The notes beneath the pieces are model-generated. The model saw only the letters and a program-made list of their open reading frames with translations, had not been told where the DNA came from and made no database searches. From contig JAQURC010000002.1 of NCBI GenBank assembly GCA_028715785.1, positions 219,393 to 283,392 of the forward strand: DNA of 64,000 nucleotides. Direction: 5' to 3'. The stretch comes from Candidatus Omnitrophota bacterium (GTDB lineage Bacteria > Omnitrophota > Gorgyraeia > Gygaellales > Profunditerraquicolaceae). Position 1 is the first letter of the stretch; every line of letters begins with the position of its first letter. The position numbers and the translations under genes are program-made. This document shows, piece after piece, positions 31,567 to 42,100 of the stretch.

Positions 31567-32010
31567 ATGGCAGAAAGACAGAATTACTCGCAATCAGAAC
31601 TTTTTACCCAGTCTTCAGACAACGGCCATTATAAGCCGCATATTCCCAAGAACCCTTTTTTTTTACGTATCCGGGGGTATGAAAAAATCATGCTTTTGAT
31701 TATGGGGCTGGTTTTAGTAAGCATCGTTTCTTTTTCCATGGGAGTAGAAAACGGTAAAAGGGGCGCTTTTGCTAAAAATAGCGCTGCGGATAAAAACAGC
31801 TATACGATTCAGGTGGCATCTTTTAAAAACAAAGAAATTGCTTTAGCCCATGCCCAATCATTAAAAAATGACGGGCTGGCCCCGATGGTTTTTGCTAAAG
31901 GGAATTATATTATTTTGTGCGTAGGCAAATTTTCTAATCAAGAGAGCGCGCAACCTTTGCTCATTCAGCTGCAGAGGACCTACGCTGGTTGCCGCATAAG
32001 GAGGTTATAA
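31567..32010 (+). CDS. SPOR-domain protein (septal peptidoglycan-binding)
   Basis: TM helix, then a C-terminal SPOR-like fold YTIQVASFKNKEIALAHAQSL...GNYIILCVGKFSNQESAQ. Confidence 0.65.
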   Translation: MAERQNYSQSELFTQSSDNGHYKPHIPKNPFFLRIRGYEKIMLLIMGLVLVSIVSFSMGVENGKRGAFAKNSAADKNSYTIQVASFKNKEIALAHAQSLKNDGLAPMVFAKGNYIILCVGKFSNQESAQPLLIQLQRTYAGCRIRRL

Positions 32011-32014
32011 AAAC

Positions 32015-32314
32015 ATGTCGATACACCCGTCGTTAACCATTTCGGAAAAAGACAAAAAGGTCCGCTCGGTATTATCGCGCACGGAGCGGATAAAACAGAT
32101 GCAGGGGAAGAACAAATGGAAGGAAGGGGATCCGGTTCACGGCTTACCGAAACTTAAAACATTAAGGATAAAAATCAAGAAGGAAAAAGTCGAGAAGGCC
32201 GAGACCGCAACCCCTGAAGCGGGAGCATCAGCGGCACCGGCAGCCGGCGGAGCAAAGGAAGCTCCTAAGGCCGCTGCTCCTAAAGCTGCTGCTAAAGGGC
32301 AGGAGAAAAAATGA
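32015..32314 (+). CDS. Small basic protein with a histone-H1-like Ala/Lys/Pro tail
   Basis: 99 aa with a low-complexity C-terminus AAPAAGGAKEAPKAAAPKAAAKGQEKK. Confidence 0.4.
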   Translation: MSIHPSLTISEKDKKVRSVLSRTERIKQMQGKNKWKEGDPVHGLPKLKTLRIKIKKEKVEKAETATPEAGASAAPAAGGAKEAPKAAAPKAAAKGQEKK

Positions 32315-33090
32315 GGATAGCCAAGCGAATATCCATTTTCTTCATGGTAAGTTCGATTTTCTGCGCGCCTGTTTTTGCGGCAGCTGCCTTTACCGCTTTC
32401 GGCGGGCAAATTAATGCGGACAATATAAACGTCCGGGTAGACGCCACAGTAGGTTCCGATGTGATTTGCGGCATTTCCAAAGGCGAATTAGTAGAAGTCG
32501 TCGCGGAGGCTTATGATTGGTACAAGATCCGCCTGCCGAAAGAAGCGCCATCCTATGTAAAAAAAGACCTTCTCGAATGCGTCGATTCTGATCCTGCAGC
32601 TAACCCGGGGAAATGCCTCAGCGCCAAGGTAATCAAGGACAGGATAAATATCCGCATGGGCCCCAGCGAGTCTGCCTGGGTCTTAGGGAAAGCCGACAAA
32701 TTGACCGTAGTGAATATCCTGGCCCAGAAAAATGGCTGGTATAAAATTCAGCCGATTTATCAAAGTTATGGCTGGGTGAATAAAAAATTTGTCAGCAAAG
32801 AGATCCTGCCGCCAAAGAAGAAAAAAGCCGCGGAATTGCCTGCCAAAGATATTCCATCCGGCGATCTTCTGGTTATCGAAGGAACAATCAGCCCGTACGG
32901 GGTGGTTCTATGGCGTAAGGCGACGCATAAATTGGTTACTGCCGATAACAAGATTTATTTTCTGAAGGGCAACCGCAAAAGCTTAGACAGCCTTAACCAT
33001 CATAAGGTTAAAGTTGCCGGAAAACTGATCAGCCCGGCCGCAAGCGGATACCCCATTATCCAAATCGACATTATCGAGGCATTAAATTGA
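32311..33090 (+). CDS. Secreted protein with bacterial SH3 (SH3b) domains
   Basis: Signal peptide and two SH3b-like segments (NINVRVDATVGSDVICGISKGELVEV..DWYKI, and RINIRMGPSESAWVLGKADKLTVV..NGWYKI). Confidence 0.5.
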   Translation: MRIAKRISIFFMVSSIFCAPVFAAAAFTAFGGQINADNINVRVDATVGSDVICGISKGELVEVVAEAYDWYKIRLPKEAPSYVKKDLLECVDSDPAANPGKCLSAKVIKDRINIRMGPSESAWVLGKADKLTVVNILAQKNGWYKIQPIYQSYGWVNKKFVSKEILPPKKKKAAELPAKDIPSGDLLVIEGTISPYGVVLWRKATHKLVTADNKIYFLKGNRKSLDSLNHHKVKVAGKLISPAASGYPIIQIDIIEALN

Positions 33091-33716
33091 GCTTCTTGAA
33101 CCTAATTGTTTCTTTTTTCATATCATTTGCGCTTTTATTGATTGCCATGACCGTGCATGAATTCGCCCACGGCCTGGTTGCCTATAGGCGCGGTGATTCT
33201 ACGGCCAGGTTAAGCGGACGGCTGACCCTGAACCCGCTGGCCCATATTGATCCGTTCTGGACGCTTCTTTTGCCGCTGATACTTTTCTTATCCACATCCG
33301 GGCGTTTTGTTTTTGGGGCGGCCAAACCTGTCCCCATAAATTACTGGGCCCTGAAGAATCCCAAAAGAGACATTATCTGGATTGGCTTAAGCGGCCCGCT
33401 GGCTAATCTTATCTTGGCCCTGATTATCGCCGGCGTATTAAAATTTATCCCGCTTTCCGGAATTTTAGCCTACCTGCTGTTCCATCTGCTCACCATTAAT
33501 GTTATTCTGGCAATATTCAACCTTATACCGATCCCTCCCCTTGACGGTTCGCGCGTCTTAATGGGCCTGTTACCGGCCGAACTTTCGGAGCAATACGCCA
33601 ATTTAGAGCGTTATGGTTTTATTATCCTTTTTGTATTTATCTGGCTGGGCATCTTTGACCGCATACTCTGGCCGCTGGTCGGCCTGGTGATCAGAATGAT
33701 GGGGGTAGGCTCATAA
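33087..33716 (+). CDS. M50 family (site-2 protease-like) zinc metalloprotease
   Basis: Polytopic membrane protein with HEFAHG (HExxH) in TM1 and a downstream LDG motif. Confidence 0.7.
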   Translation: MSFLNLIVSFFISFALLLIAMTVHEFAHGLVAYRRGDSTARLSGRLTLNPLAHIDPFWTLLLPLILFLSTSGRFVFGAAKPVPINYWALKNPKRDIIWIGLSGPLANLILALIIAGVLKFIPLSGILAYLLFHLLTINVILAIFNLIPIPPLDGSRVLMGLLPAELSEQYANLERYGFIILFVFIWLGIFDRILWPLVGLVIRMMGVGS

Positions 33717-33717
33717 T

Positions 33718-34803
33718 ATGCCGGAAGTAAAGGTTAATTTAGGTAAACGCTCATACGCAATAATTATCGGATGCGGCATTCTCAAGCAGCTTGGCGGTTA
33801 TTTAACTAAATTAAATCTCGGTACAGACGCATTTATCGTTACCAATAATTTCTTAAAAAATAAATACGGGGCGAAATTATCCTGCGCCTTATCCTGCGCC
33901 GGGTTTAATCCGCATTTTAAGGTTGTCGCGGATAGCGAAAAAAGCAAATCTATCCAGACAGCAAGTTCGGTAATTAAAGACCTGGCTAAATTCGACCGAA
34001 AAAGAAAAGTTTTTATTATAGCTTTCGGCGGGGGGGTGGTTGGGGACCTGTCCGGTTTTGTGGCTTCGGTTTATAAACGGGGAATTAACTACATTCAGAT
34101 CCCGACGACCCTGCTGGCTCAGGTGGATTCGGCTATCGGCGGAAAAACAGCGGTTGACCTGGATTCAGGCAAAAATTTAGTCGGCGCCTTTTATCAGCCA
34201 AGACTTGTTTTTAGTGACATTGATTTTTTAAAAAGTTTAGATAGGGAGCAGCTTAGTTCGGGAATGGCCGAGGTCATCAAATACGCGGTAATTAAAGATA
34301 TGCGGCTTTTTAATTTCCTGGAAAACAAACATAAGGAAGTAATCGCAGGCAGGACATCTGTTCTTGAAACGATAATTAACTCCTGCAGTAAGATCAAGGC
34401 CAAGATAACCAGCGGCGATGAAAAAGAAGCTTCAGGGATAAGGACCATTCTTAACTTTGGGCATACGATCGGGCACGCAATCGAAGCCGCAGGCGGCTAT
34501 CGAGGGTATAACCACGGCCGGGCAGTCGGCTTAGGCATGATCGTTGCTGCCGATTTAAGCCGCAGGCTTAACCTGATTGACGCAAAAGGCGCCGCCCGTA
34601 TTGAAAATTTAATTAAACTTTACGGCTTGCCTGCCAAAATTAAGGGCTTGTCTATGGATAGAATTATTCAAGCCCATTATCACGATAAGAAATTTTCGGG
34701 TAAAGAAAATAAATTCGTGCTTATCCGCGGGATTGGTAAACCCAAAATTGTACGCAATATCAGGCTGGATTTAATAAAACAGGCGATCGCAAGGATAGTT
34801 TAG
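33718..34803 (+). CDS. aroB: 3-dehydroquinate synthase
   Basis: GGGVVGDLSGF, IPTTLLAQVDSAIGGKT and HTIGHAIE motifs. Confidence 0.9.
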   Translation: MPEVKVNLGKRSYAIIIGCGILKQLGGYLTKLNLGTDAFIVTNNFLKNKYGAKLSCALSCAGFNPHFKVVADSEKSKSIQTASSVIKDLAKFDRKRKVFIIAFGGGVVGDLSGFVASVYKRGINYIQIPTTLLAQVDSAIGGKTAVDLDSGKNLVGAFYQPRLVFSDIDFLKSLDREQLSSGMAEVIKYAVIKDMRLFNFLENKHKEVIAGRTSVLETIINSCSKIKAKITSGDEKEASGIRTILNFGHTIGHAIEAAGGYRGYNHGRAVGLGMIVAADLSRRLNLIDAKGAARIENLIKLYGLPAKIKGLSMDRIIQAHYHDKKFSGKENKFVLIRGIGKPKIVRNIRLDLIKQAIARIV

Positions 34804-34819
34804 GGCCTAAAACCCTTTT

Positions 34820-35290
34820 TTATCTGCGGGTGGAAAGGGTAACGGGTTTTTCCTGGTTGTTAAGTTCTACGGTATTGGCAGTAATCCTGGTTACTCTGGC
34901 CCCGTCAACCGAATCATTCTCCCGGACAATCTGATTGTTGATCAAAGCGTAGCCGTCGTTATCGGAAAAGAAAATCCCGTTTAAAACAAAAGCGGTTTCC
35001 GGAACATTCTTTTCTTCTTTAACTAAGGCAGGCTCTTCAGGCGGGGGAGGCAAGACAAGAGCGGGCTGCTGGACGGGGATTGCGGTTTTCTTCGCTACTT
35101 GAGCAGTTTTTATTTTACGCCCCAACAGGCTAAAAATAAAGCTGCTCAAAAAAATACCTGTCAGCAGGATTAAAATATACGCCAGCAATATCCGGGGGCC
35201 GGGTAATTTAGCCGGCAGCGGATTATTTTTCGCTTCATTCTGCTGGATGTACTGGCCGGTTTTCTTTAATGCCTCATTGATGATGCTCAT
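34820..35290 (-). CDS. Hypothetical membrane protein (GspB/ExeB-like partner of the ExeA-like ATPase)
   Basis: Single TM helix. Translationally coupled (4-bp overlap) to the upstream ExeA-like gene. No strong motif. Confidence 0.35.
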   Translation of the reverse strand: MSIINEALKKTGQYIQQNEAKNNPLPAKLPGPRILLAYILILLTGIFLSSFIFSLLGRKIKTAQVAKKTAIPVQQPALVLPPPPEEPALVKEEKNVPETAFVLNGIFFSDNDGYALINNQIVRENDSVDGARVTRITANTVELNNQEKPVTLSTRR

Positions 35291-36117
35291 GTATTTTGGG
35301 CTACAGAATAGCTGTCCAATTCTTCAACGCATTTTTTGATTATATTAAAATCTATACGGATGGTTTCGCTGACAAATCCGGCTAAAAGCGCGCGGTCACA
35401 GATCATATTAATTAACCGCGGGGTACCCCCGGAAAAATGGCTGATCATATCCACGGCTTCAGCGCTAAATTCAATTTGCCTGCTGTTCTGTGCGCCGGCA
35501 ATCTCAAGGCGCCAGTTAATATAACTGTTTATCTCATCATTATCCAGGGGGCCGATATGGTACCTGACCATGATCCTCTGGCGCAATTGCCTTAAATCAT
35601 AGAGATTAAGGCGTTCGTTCAACTCGGGCTGGCCCACTAAAATTACCTGCAATAGTTTATCTTTTTCCGTCTCTAGATTTGAAAGCAGGCGGATCTGCTC
35701 AAGCAAACCGGGTTTTAGGTTCTGGGCTTCGTCGATTATCAATACCAGGTTGTTGCCGGCGGCGGATTCTCTCAACAGGAAGTTATTTAGCTCCAGTACC
35801 ATGCCCAGCTTGGTTTTGTCCCTGGTGCTTATTCCGAAATCCCTGATGATTGATTCTAACAGCTGAACTTCGGAGAAGGTGGGGTTTAAAATAAAAGCGG
35901 TTTTAACGTTTTTACCGACCTGGTTCAGGAAAAAACGGCAGATCGTTGTCTTGCCCGTGCCGATCTCCCCGGTTAAAACAATAATCCCTTTTCTCTGGGA
36001 AACTCCGTAGAGCAGGTGGGAGATGGCTTCTTTGTGTTTCTTGCTGGAAAAAAAGAAAGCCGGATCGCTGGTAACGTTAAATGGCCTTTCTTTTAATCCA
36101 TAGTATTTACAATACAT
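35287..36117 (-). CDS. ExeA/GspA-like AAA ATPase (MshM-like)
   Basis: Walker A GEIGTGKTT, Walker B LIIDEAQNL, PF13401-type architecture. 276 aa. Confidence 0.7.
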   Translation of the reverse strand: MYCKYYGLKERPFNVTSDPAFFFSSKKHKEAISHLLYGVSQRKGIIVLTGEIGTGKTTICRFFLNQVGKNVKTAFILNPTFSEVQLLESIIRDFGISTRDKTKLGMVLELNNFLLRESAAGNNLVLIIDEAQNLKPGLLEQIRLLSNLETEKDKLLQVILVGQPELNERLNLYDLRQLRQRIMVRYHIGPLDNDEINSYINWRLEIAGAQNSRQIEFSAEAVDMISHFSGGTPRLINMICDRALLAGFVSETIRIDFNIIKKCVEELDSYSVAQNT

Positions 36118-36142
36118 TTTTCACCTGCCCCTATTATAACAC

Positions 36143-36210
36143 AGAATCAGGGAACATTTCTATTTTTTTTCTATTTTTTTCAAAAAAAATAGAAATGTTC
36201 CCTGATTTCT
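36143..36210. repeat. Long near-perfect palindrome (28-bp arms, 11-nt spacer) in a divergent promoter region
   Basis: AGAATCAGGGAACATTTCTATTTTTTTT ctatttttttc AAAAAAAATAGAAATGTTCCCTGATTTCT. Arms are related to the 59043-59121 element. Confidence 0.7.
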
Positions 36211-36227
36211 CGTTTTTAAAATATTTA

Positions 36228-36256
36228 TTGACAAATTAACAGTATTATTATAGAAT
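36228..36256 (+). promoter_or_regulatory. Candidate sigma-70 promoter for the guaB-like gene
   Basis: TTGACA (36228-36233), 17-nt spacer, TAGAAT (36251-36256). Confidence 0.45.
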
Positions 36257-36348
36257 TTATAATCCTTTCATTAGTTCCCCCAAAAGGGCAAAATATTCAT
36301 AACTTATTACAAAACAACGGGTTAATACTATAATAAGGAGAATTCAAA

Positions 36349-37509
36349 ATGGCGGAGTGGATAGGTATAAACAGGCGCGCAAGAAGGTGTTATGGCTTTG
36401 ATGAGGTTGCCCTGGTTCCCGGAGCCCAAACCGTAAATCCCAATGAAGTCGATACCAGCTTTGAATTTAACGGGAAAAGGTTTAAGATACCTATTCTTGC
36501 GGCGGCTATGGATGGAGTGGTCAACGTTAAGTTTGCCATTGAAATGTCCCGCTTAGGCGGAATTGCGGTCTTAAATCTCGATGGGATACAAACCCGTTAT
36601 GAAGATCCGGATGGAGTGCTGGAAGAAATTGCCAAAGCTACCCCGCAAAAAGCTACCGAATTAATCCAGGCAGTTTACACCACCCCCATAAAAGAAAAAC
36701 TGGTTACCAAGAGGGTGGCCGAAATTAAAAAAGCCAAGGCTATGGCTGTAGTAAGCTGCATCCCGGCGAATGCCGAAAAATTCTCAAAATTAGCGGTTAG
36801 CGCCGGAGCTGATATTTTCATCATCCAATCCACAGTCACTACGATTAAACACGTCTCTACGCAATATAAAACGCTGAACTTAATAAAATTCTGTAAATCC
36901 ATGAAAATCCCCGTAATCCTGGGAAATTGCGTAACCTACGAGACAACTTTAGAACTTATGCAAACCGGGGCCAGCGGTTTACTTATCGGCGTGGGGCCGG
37001 GTGCTGCTTGCACAACGCGCGGGGTATTAGGTATCGGAGTCCCCCAGGTCACCGCTACTGTTGACGCATCAGGGGCGCGCGATTTTCATTATAAACGCAC
37101 GGGAAAATATGTCTCCATTATTACGGACGGCGGGATGAACCGGGGAGGGGATATCTGCAAGGCATTTGCCTGCGGGGCCGACGCCGTTATGATCGGCTCA
37201 AGCTTTGCCCGCGCCCAGGAGGCTCCCGGCAGAGGATTTCACTGGGGGATGGCTACCTCCCATGTTAACCTGCCCCGCGGAACCCGCATTCAGGTCGGCA
37301 CAACCGGCTTATTGAAAGAAATTTTACTCGGGCCGGCAAAAGTGGACGACGGCTCACAAAATCTTTTAGGCGCCTTAAGGACATCCATGGGTTCACTGGG
37401 CGCATCAAACTTAAAAGAAATGCATGACGTAGAAATCATCATCGCCCCTTCGATCCAGACCGAAGGAAAAATATTTCAAGTCGGCCAAAGAGTAGGAATG
37501 GGAAAATGA
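36349..37509 (+). CDS. IMP dehydrogenase/GMP reductase family protein (short form without CBS subdomain)
   Basis: 386 aa TIM barrel with catalytic Cys loop [11 protein letters not shown] and IIADGG-like ITDGG. No CBS insert. Confidence 0.8.
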   Translation: MAEWIGINRRARRCYGFDEVALVPGAQTVNPNEVDTSFEFNGKRFKIPILAAAMDGVVNVKFAIEMSRLGGIAVLNLDGIQTRYEDPDGVLEEIAKATPQKATELIQAVYTTPIKEKLVTKRVAEIKKAKAMAVVSCIPANAEKFSKLAVSAGADIFIIQSTVTTIKHVSTQYKTLNLIKFCKSMKIPVILGNCVTYETTLELMQTGASGLLIGVGPGAACTTRGVLGIGVPQVTATVDASGARDFHYKRTGKYVSIITDGGMNRGGDICKAFACGADAVMIGSSFARAQEAPGRGFHWGMATSHVNLPRGTRIQVGTTGLLKEILLGPAKVDDGSQNLLGALRTSMGSLGASNLKEMHDVEIIIAPSIQTEGKIFQVGQRVGMGK

Positions 37510-39047
37510 CCAGGCAGACAATTTTAATCTTGGATTTCGGCTCGCAATACACCCAATTGATCGCCCGCAGGGTAAGGGAAAATAAAGTTTTTTCGATAAT
37601 TATTCCCTATAATACTCCGGCAAAAGAGATCGCTGCCCTAAACCCCAAAGGTTTAATTCTTTCAGGAGGACCGGCTTCGGTAGTGAATAAAAAATCGCCC
37701 TATCCCGACCCGGGAATCTTTAAGCTAGGGCTGCCTATTCTGGGTATCTGCTATGGGATGCAGGTTATTTGCGAACTCCTGGGAGGCAAAGTTAAGCATA
37801 CCCGCGAGCGCGAGTATGGAAAAGTAGAATTATTTATCGATGACAACCGTGACCTTTTCAGCCACCTGCCGGGTAATTTTACCTGCTGGGCCAGCCACGG
37901 GGATTATGTAACTAAAATGCCGGCGGGTTTCCACACCTCAAGCCATACCGCCAACACGCCGATTGCCGCAATATCCAACCCAAAAAGAAAAATATACGCG
38001 GTCCAGTTCCACCCCGAGGTAACCCACACGGAAAAAGGCAGCCAGATATTAAGCAATTTTTTATTCAAAATTTGCGGCGCTTCGGGAAGATGGAATATGC
38101 AGTCATTTATCAAAGAATCCGTCGAACATATTAAAAAAACCGTGGGAAAAGATAAGGTGGTGCTGGGCCTAAGCGGCGGAGTGGATTCTTCGGTTGCCGC
38201 CCTGTTAATCCATAAAGCTATCGGCAAGAACCTGCGTTGTATTTTTATCGATAACGGCCTGCTCAGGAAAGGCGAAGCCGAACAGGTTAAAAGCGTTTTC
38301 AAAGATATGTACCACCTTAACCTAAGCTACGTGGACAGGAGCAAAAGGTTCCTTGAGCGCCTGAAAGGGATAACCGACCCGGAAGAAAAAAGAAAAATAA
38401 TCGGCGATGAATTCATCAGGGTATTCGAAGAAGAAGCAAAAAAGACAAAAGGGGCAAAGTTCCTGGGGCAGGGGACGCTCTATCCGGATGTTATCGAATC
38501 TGTTTCGCCCACAGGAGGCCCCAGCAGAAAGATTAAAAGCCACCATAATGTCGGAGGGCTTCCCGCGCAAATGAAGCTTAAACTTATCGAGCCGTTAAGG
38601 GAGCTGTTCAAAGATGAGACGCGCGAAATCGGCAGGCAGTTAGGGTTACCGGAAAATATTATCCAGCGCCAGCCGTTTCCCGGCCCGGGCCTGGCAGTCA
38701 GGATCATCGGAACAATAGATATCGAACGCTTAAATCTTCTGCGCGAAGCGGATAAACGGGTAATCGAAGAAATTTCAAAAGCCGGCCTGTATGAACAGAT
38801 CTGGCAATCCTTTGCCGTATTATTGCCGATAAAAAGCGTGGGGATCATGGGCGATGAGCGCACATATGAAAATGTCGCCGCACTTCGGTGCGTCTCCAGC
38901 TTTGACGGCATGACCGCCGACTGGGTAAAACTTCCTTATGAAGTTATGGAAAAAATCTCCAATCGGATCATTAATGAAGTAAAAGGGATCAACCGGGTTG
39001 TTTACGACATAAGCTCCAAGCCTCCTGCAACCATCGAATGGGAGTAA
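37506..39047 (+). CDS. guaA: GMP synthase (glutamine-hydrolysing)
   Basis: Class I GATase (GICYGMQ), ATP-PPase P-loop SGGVDSSV, C-terminal dimerisation domain. Confidence 0.95.
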   Translation: MTRQTILILDFGSQYTQLIARRVRENKVFSIIIPYNTPAKEIAALNPKGLILSGGPASVVNKKSPYPDPGIFKLGLPILGICYGMQVICELLGGKVKHTREREYGKVELFIDDNRDLFSHLPGNFTCWASHGDYVTKMPAGFHTSSHTANTPIAAISNPKRKIYAVQFHPEVTHTEKGSQILSNFLFKICGASGRWNMQSFIKESVEHIKKTVGKDKVVLGLSGGVDSSVAALLIHKAIGKNLRCIFIDNGLLRKGEAEQVKSVFKDMYHLNLSYVDRSKRFLERLKGITDPEEKRKIIGDEFIRVFEEEAKKTKGAKFLGQGTLYPDVIESVSPTGGPSRKIKSHHNVGGLPAQMKLKLIEPLRELFKDETREIGRQLGLPENIIQRQPFPGPGLAVRIIGTIDIERLNLLREADKRVIEEISKAGLYEQIWQSFAVLLPIKSVGIMGDERTYENVAALRCVSSFDGMTADWVKLPYEVMEKISNRIINEVKGINRVVYDISSKPPATIEWE

Positions 39048-39052
39048 TACTT

Positions 39053-39178
39053 GCGTAACGTGTAAAGAGTAAAGTGTAATGTAGGTGTAACGCAACTGTG
39101 TGTAACGGAAAGGGGTTTTGCGTTACGCAATTAAACATTACACCAACATTACACGTTACACATTACACGTTACACAAA
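39053..39178. repeat. Symmetric array of GTGTAA / TTACAC hexamer repeats (outer inverted repeat TGCGTAACG/CGTTACGCA) upstream of dnaE
   Basis: Left half has GTGTAA at 39061, 39075, 39085 and 39101. Right half has TTACAC at 39139, 39150, 39157, 39164 and 39171, the last four phased at 7 bp. The axis is near 39110. Both flanking spurious ORFs begin MRY..IT.Y.LHVTQ because they translate the two arms. Confidence 0.6.
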
Positions 39179-39182
39179 ATAG

Positions 39183-42100
39183 ATGTCTCATTCCGAATTC
39201 GTCCACCTGCATTTACACACCCAATACAGCCTTCTTGACGGCGCCTGCCGCATACCTGAAATACTGGCCATCGCCAAAAGTTTCAAAATGGATTCCCTGG
39301 CAATTACCGACCATGGCAGCATGTTCGGGGCAATCGAATTCTACCTGGAAGCGCAGAAAGCAGGGATCAAACCAATTATCGGATGTGAAGTTTACGTTGC
39401 CCCGCAAAGCAGGCTAAACAAAGGGGGAAGCGGTATTGAAGACGCGGCTAACCATTTGATACTTCTGGCCCGTGATGAAGAAGGATACCGCAACTTAATG
39501 AAACTGGTCTCCATCGGTTACCTGGAAGGTTTCTACTACCGCCCGCGTATCGACAAGGAAGTCTTGGCCAGCCACGCCAAAGGATTGATCGCATCAAGCG
39601 CCTGCCTTAAAGGAGAGGTCGCATCCCTCATATTGCAAAAACGTTTCAATGACGCACTCAAAGCCGCCGATACTTATCAGAACATCCTGGGAAAAGAAAA
39701 TTTTTATTTAGAGATCCAGAACAACTCTATTGCCGAGCAACAAACTGTAAATGAGGGGATGTTTAAAATTTCCAGGGAACTGGGGATACCCCTGGTTGCC
39801 ACTAACGACGTGCATTACCCCACCAGGGATAAAGCCGAAGCTCACGAGGCGCTACTTTGCATCCAAACACAATCCACCCTTGATGACCCCAAGCATATGC
39901 GTTTCCAGACGGATGAATTTTATTTCCGTTCCCCCGAAGAAATGAAAAAATTATTTAAGGACTGCCCGCAGGCCATACAAAATACCGTCGAGATTGCCCG
40001 GCGCTGTAACCTGGAGCTGGATTTTGGCAAAATGCACCTGCCTAAATACGTGCCTCCGGAAGGAAAAGATAAAGAAAAATTCCTGCTTGAGCTTTGCGAA
40101 AAAGGGCTGGCTGCTAAAAATTTAAAAAACAACCCCGAAGCGCAAAAACGCCTGGATCATGAATTAAAAATTATCCGGGATATGGGTTTTATCAGTTACT
40201 TCCTGATTGTCTGGGATTTCATCCATCATGCCAAAAGCCAGAATATCCCGGTGGGCCCGGGAAGAGGCTCAGCCGCAGGAAGCCTGGTAAGTTTTCTTTT
40301 GGGGATCACCGACTTAGACCCGTTAAAATACGGGCTGCTTTTCGAAAGGTTCCTTAACCCGCAGCGTTTGGGGCTGCCTGATATCGATATTGATTTTTGT
40401 TACGAACGCAGGCAGGAGGTCATTGATTATGTTACCAATAAATACGGGCAGGAGAATGTCGCTCAAATCATTACCTTTGGGACGATGCAGGCCCGCGCCG
40501 TAACCCGGGACGTCGGCCGAGTCATGAATATCGCTTACGCCGACGTCGACCGGATCGCTAAAATGATCCCGGCTGAACTGGACATGACGCTCAAAAAAGC
40601 CCTGGAGAGTGAACCGGAGTTAAACAACCTTTACAAGAATGACCCGCAGATAACCAAACTGATCAATATCGCTTTATCGCTGGAAGGATTAAACCGCCAC
40701 GCCTCGGTGCATGCCGCCGGCGTAATTATCACGGACAAACCGTTAAATAACTACATGCCCGTATTTAAAACCACCGATGACCAGATCACCACCGGCTATA
40801 GTATGGGAACCCTGGAAAAAATCGGTTTACTTAAAGTTGATTTTCTCGGCTTAAGGACGCTGACCGTAATCGATGAGACCCTCAAACTCATCAAGAAGGA
40901 ACGCCTCATCCAAATCGATATTGAAAAACTGTCACTGGATGACCAAAACACCTATAAACTGTTGTCCTCAAGCCATACTATCGGAATATTCCAGGTAGAA
41001 AGCTCGGGAATGCGCGATTTACTTAAAAAACTTATACCTGAACGCTTCGAGGATTTAATCGCGCTCCTGGCGCTTTACCGGCCCGGGCCGATCGGTTCAG
41101 GGATGCTTGATGACTTTATGAAGCGTAAACACGGGACGACTCCGATTAGATACGAACACGCGAAACTTGAGCCCATTCTCAAAGAAACCTACGGTATTAT
41201 GGTTTATCAGGAGCAGATTATGCAGATTGCCTCCAGCCTTGCCGGATTTTCTCTTGCCCAGGCGGATATCCTGCGTAAAGCTATGGGCAAGAAAATCCCG
41301 GAAGTTATGGAGAAAGAACGGAAGAATTTCATTAACGGCTGCATTAAAAACGGGATAAAAGAGAGCACTGCCAGTAAAATATTCGATTTGATTGAATATT
41401 TTTCCGGATACGGATTCAATAAATCGCATTCAACGGCTTACGCCTTAATTTCATACCGCACCGCTTATTTAAAAGCAAATTATCCGGTGGAATTCATGAC
41501 CGCCCTGCTTACCTCCGAACGCGATAACACGGATAAAATCGTCGAATACGTCAATGAAACGCAGCGCATGGGATTAACCGTCCAACCGCCGGATATAAAT
41601 GAAAGCGGGGTGCTTTTTAAGGTTGAGAATGAAAAGACGATCCGTTTCGGCCTGATCGCCATAAAAAATGTGGGCAGGGGCGCGGCTGAATCTATCGTCA
41701 AGGCCAGGGAAAACTTAAAGTTTAAATCATTGGAAGACCTCTGCCAACGCATAGATTTAAGGCTGGCAAACCGCAAGGTCCTGGAAAGCCTGATCAAATG
41801 CGGAGCCCTGGATTCCTTCGGGGTATCCAGGGCCGCGATGTTTGCCGGCCTGGACATAATTTTAGAGGGGGCGCAAAGAAACCAAAGGGAAAAATCCAGC
41901 GGCCAGCTTTCATTCTTCGACCCAACGCAGGAAGAGAACGGGTTTAAAAAAACCGAAAATAATTTACCCGTGGTAAAAGAATGGCCGGAACCTCAATTGC
42001 TTGCTTTTGAAAAAGACATGCTGGGTTTCTATGTCAGCGGCCATCCTTTGGCCCGCTATGCCAAGCAGCTCAAACGTTTTGTTTCCTGCTCCACCTCCGG

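Noticed and set aside
34804-34822. Weak hairpin AGGG-cctaaaa-CCCT + TTTTTT between convergent aroB and the gspB-like gene.
   Set aside because: A 4-bp stem is too short to call an intrinsic terminator with confidence.
38820-39417. ORFs 38820-39095 (-) and 39118-39417 (+), both starting MRY..IT.Y.LHVTQ.
   Set aside because: They translate the two arms of the GTGTAA/TTACAC inverted-repeat array and run into guaA/dnaE coding sequence. The shared N-terminal peptide is an artefact of the palindrome.
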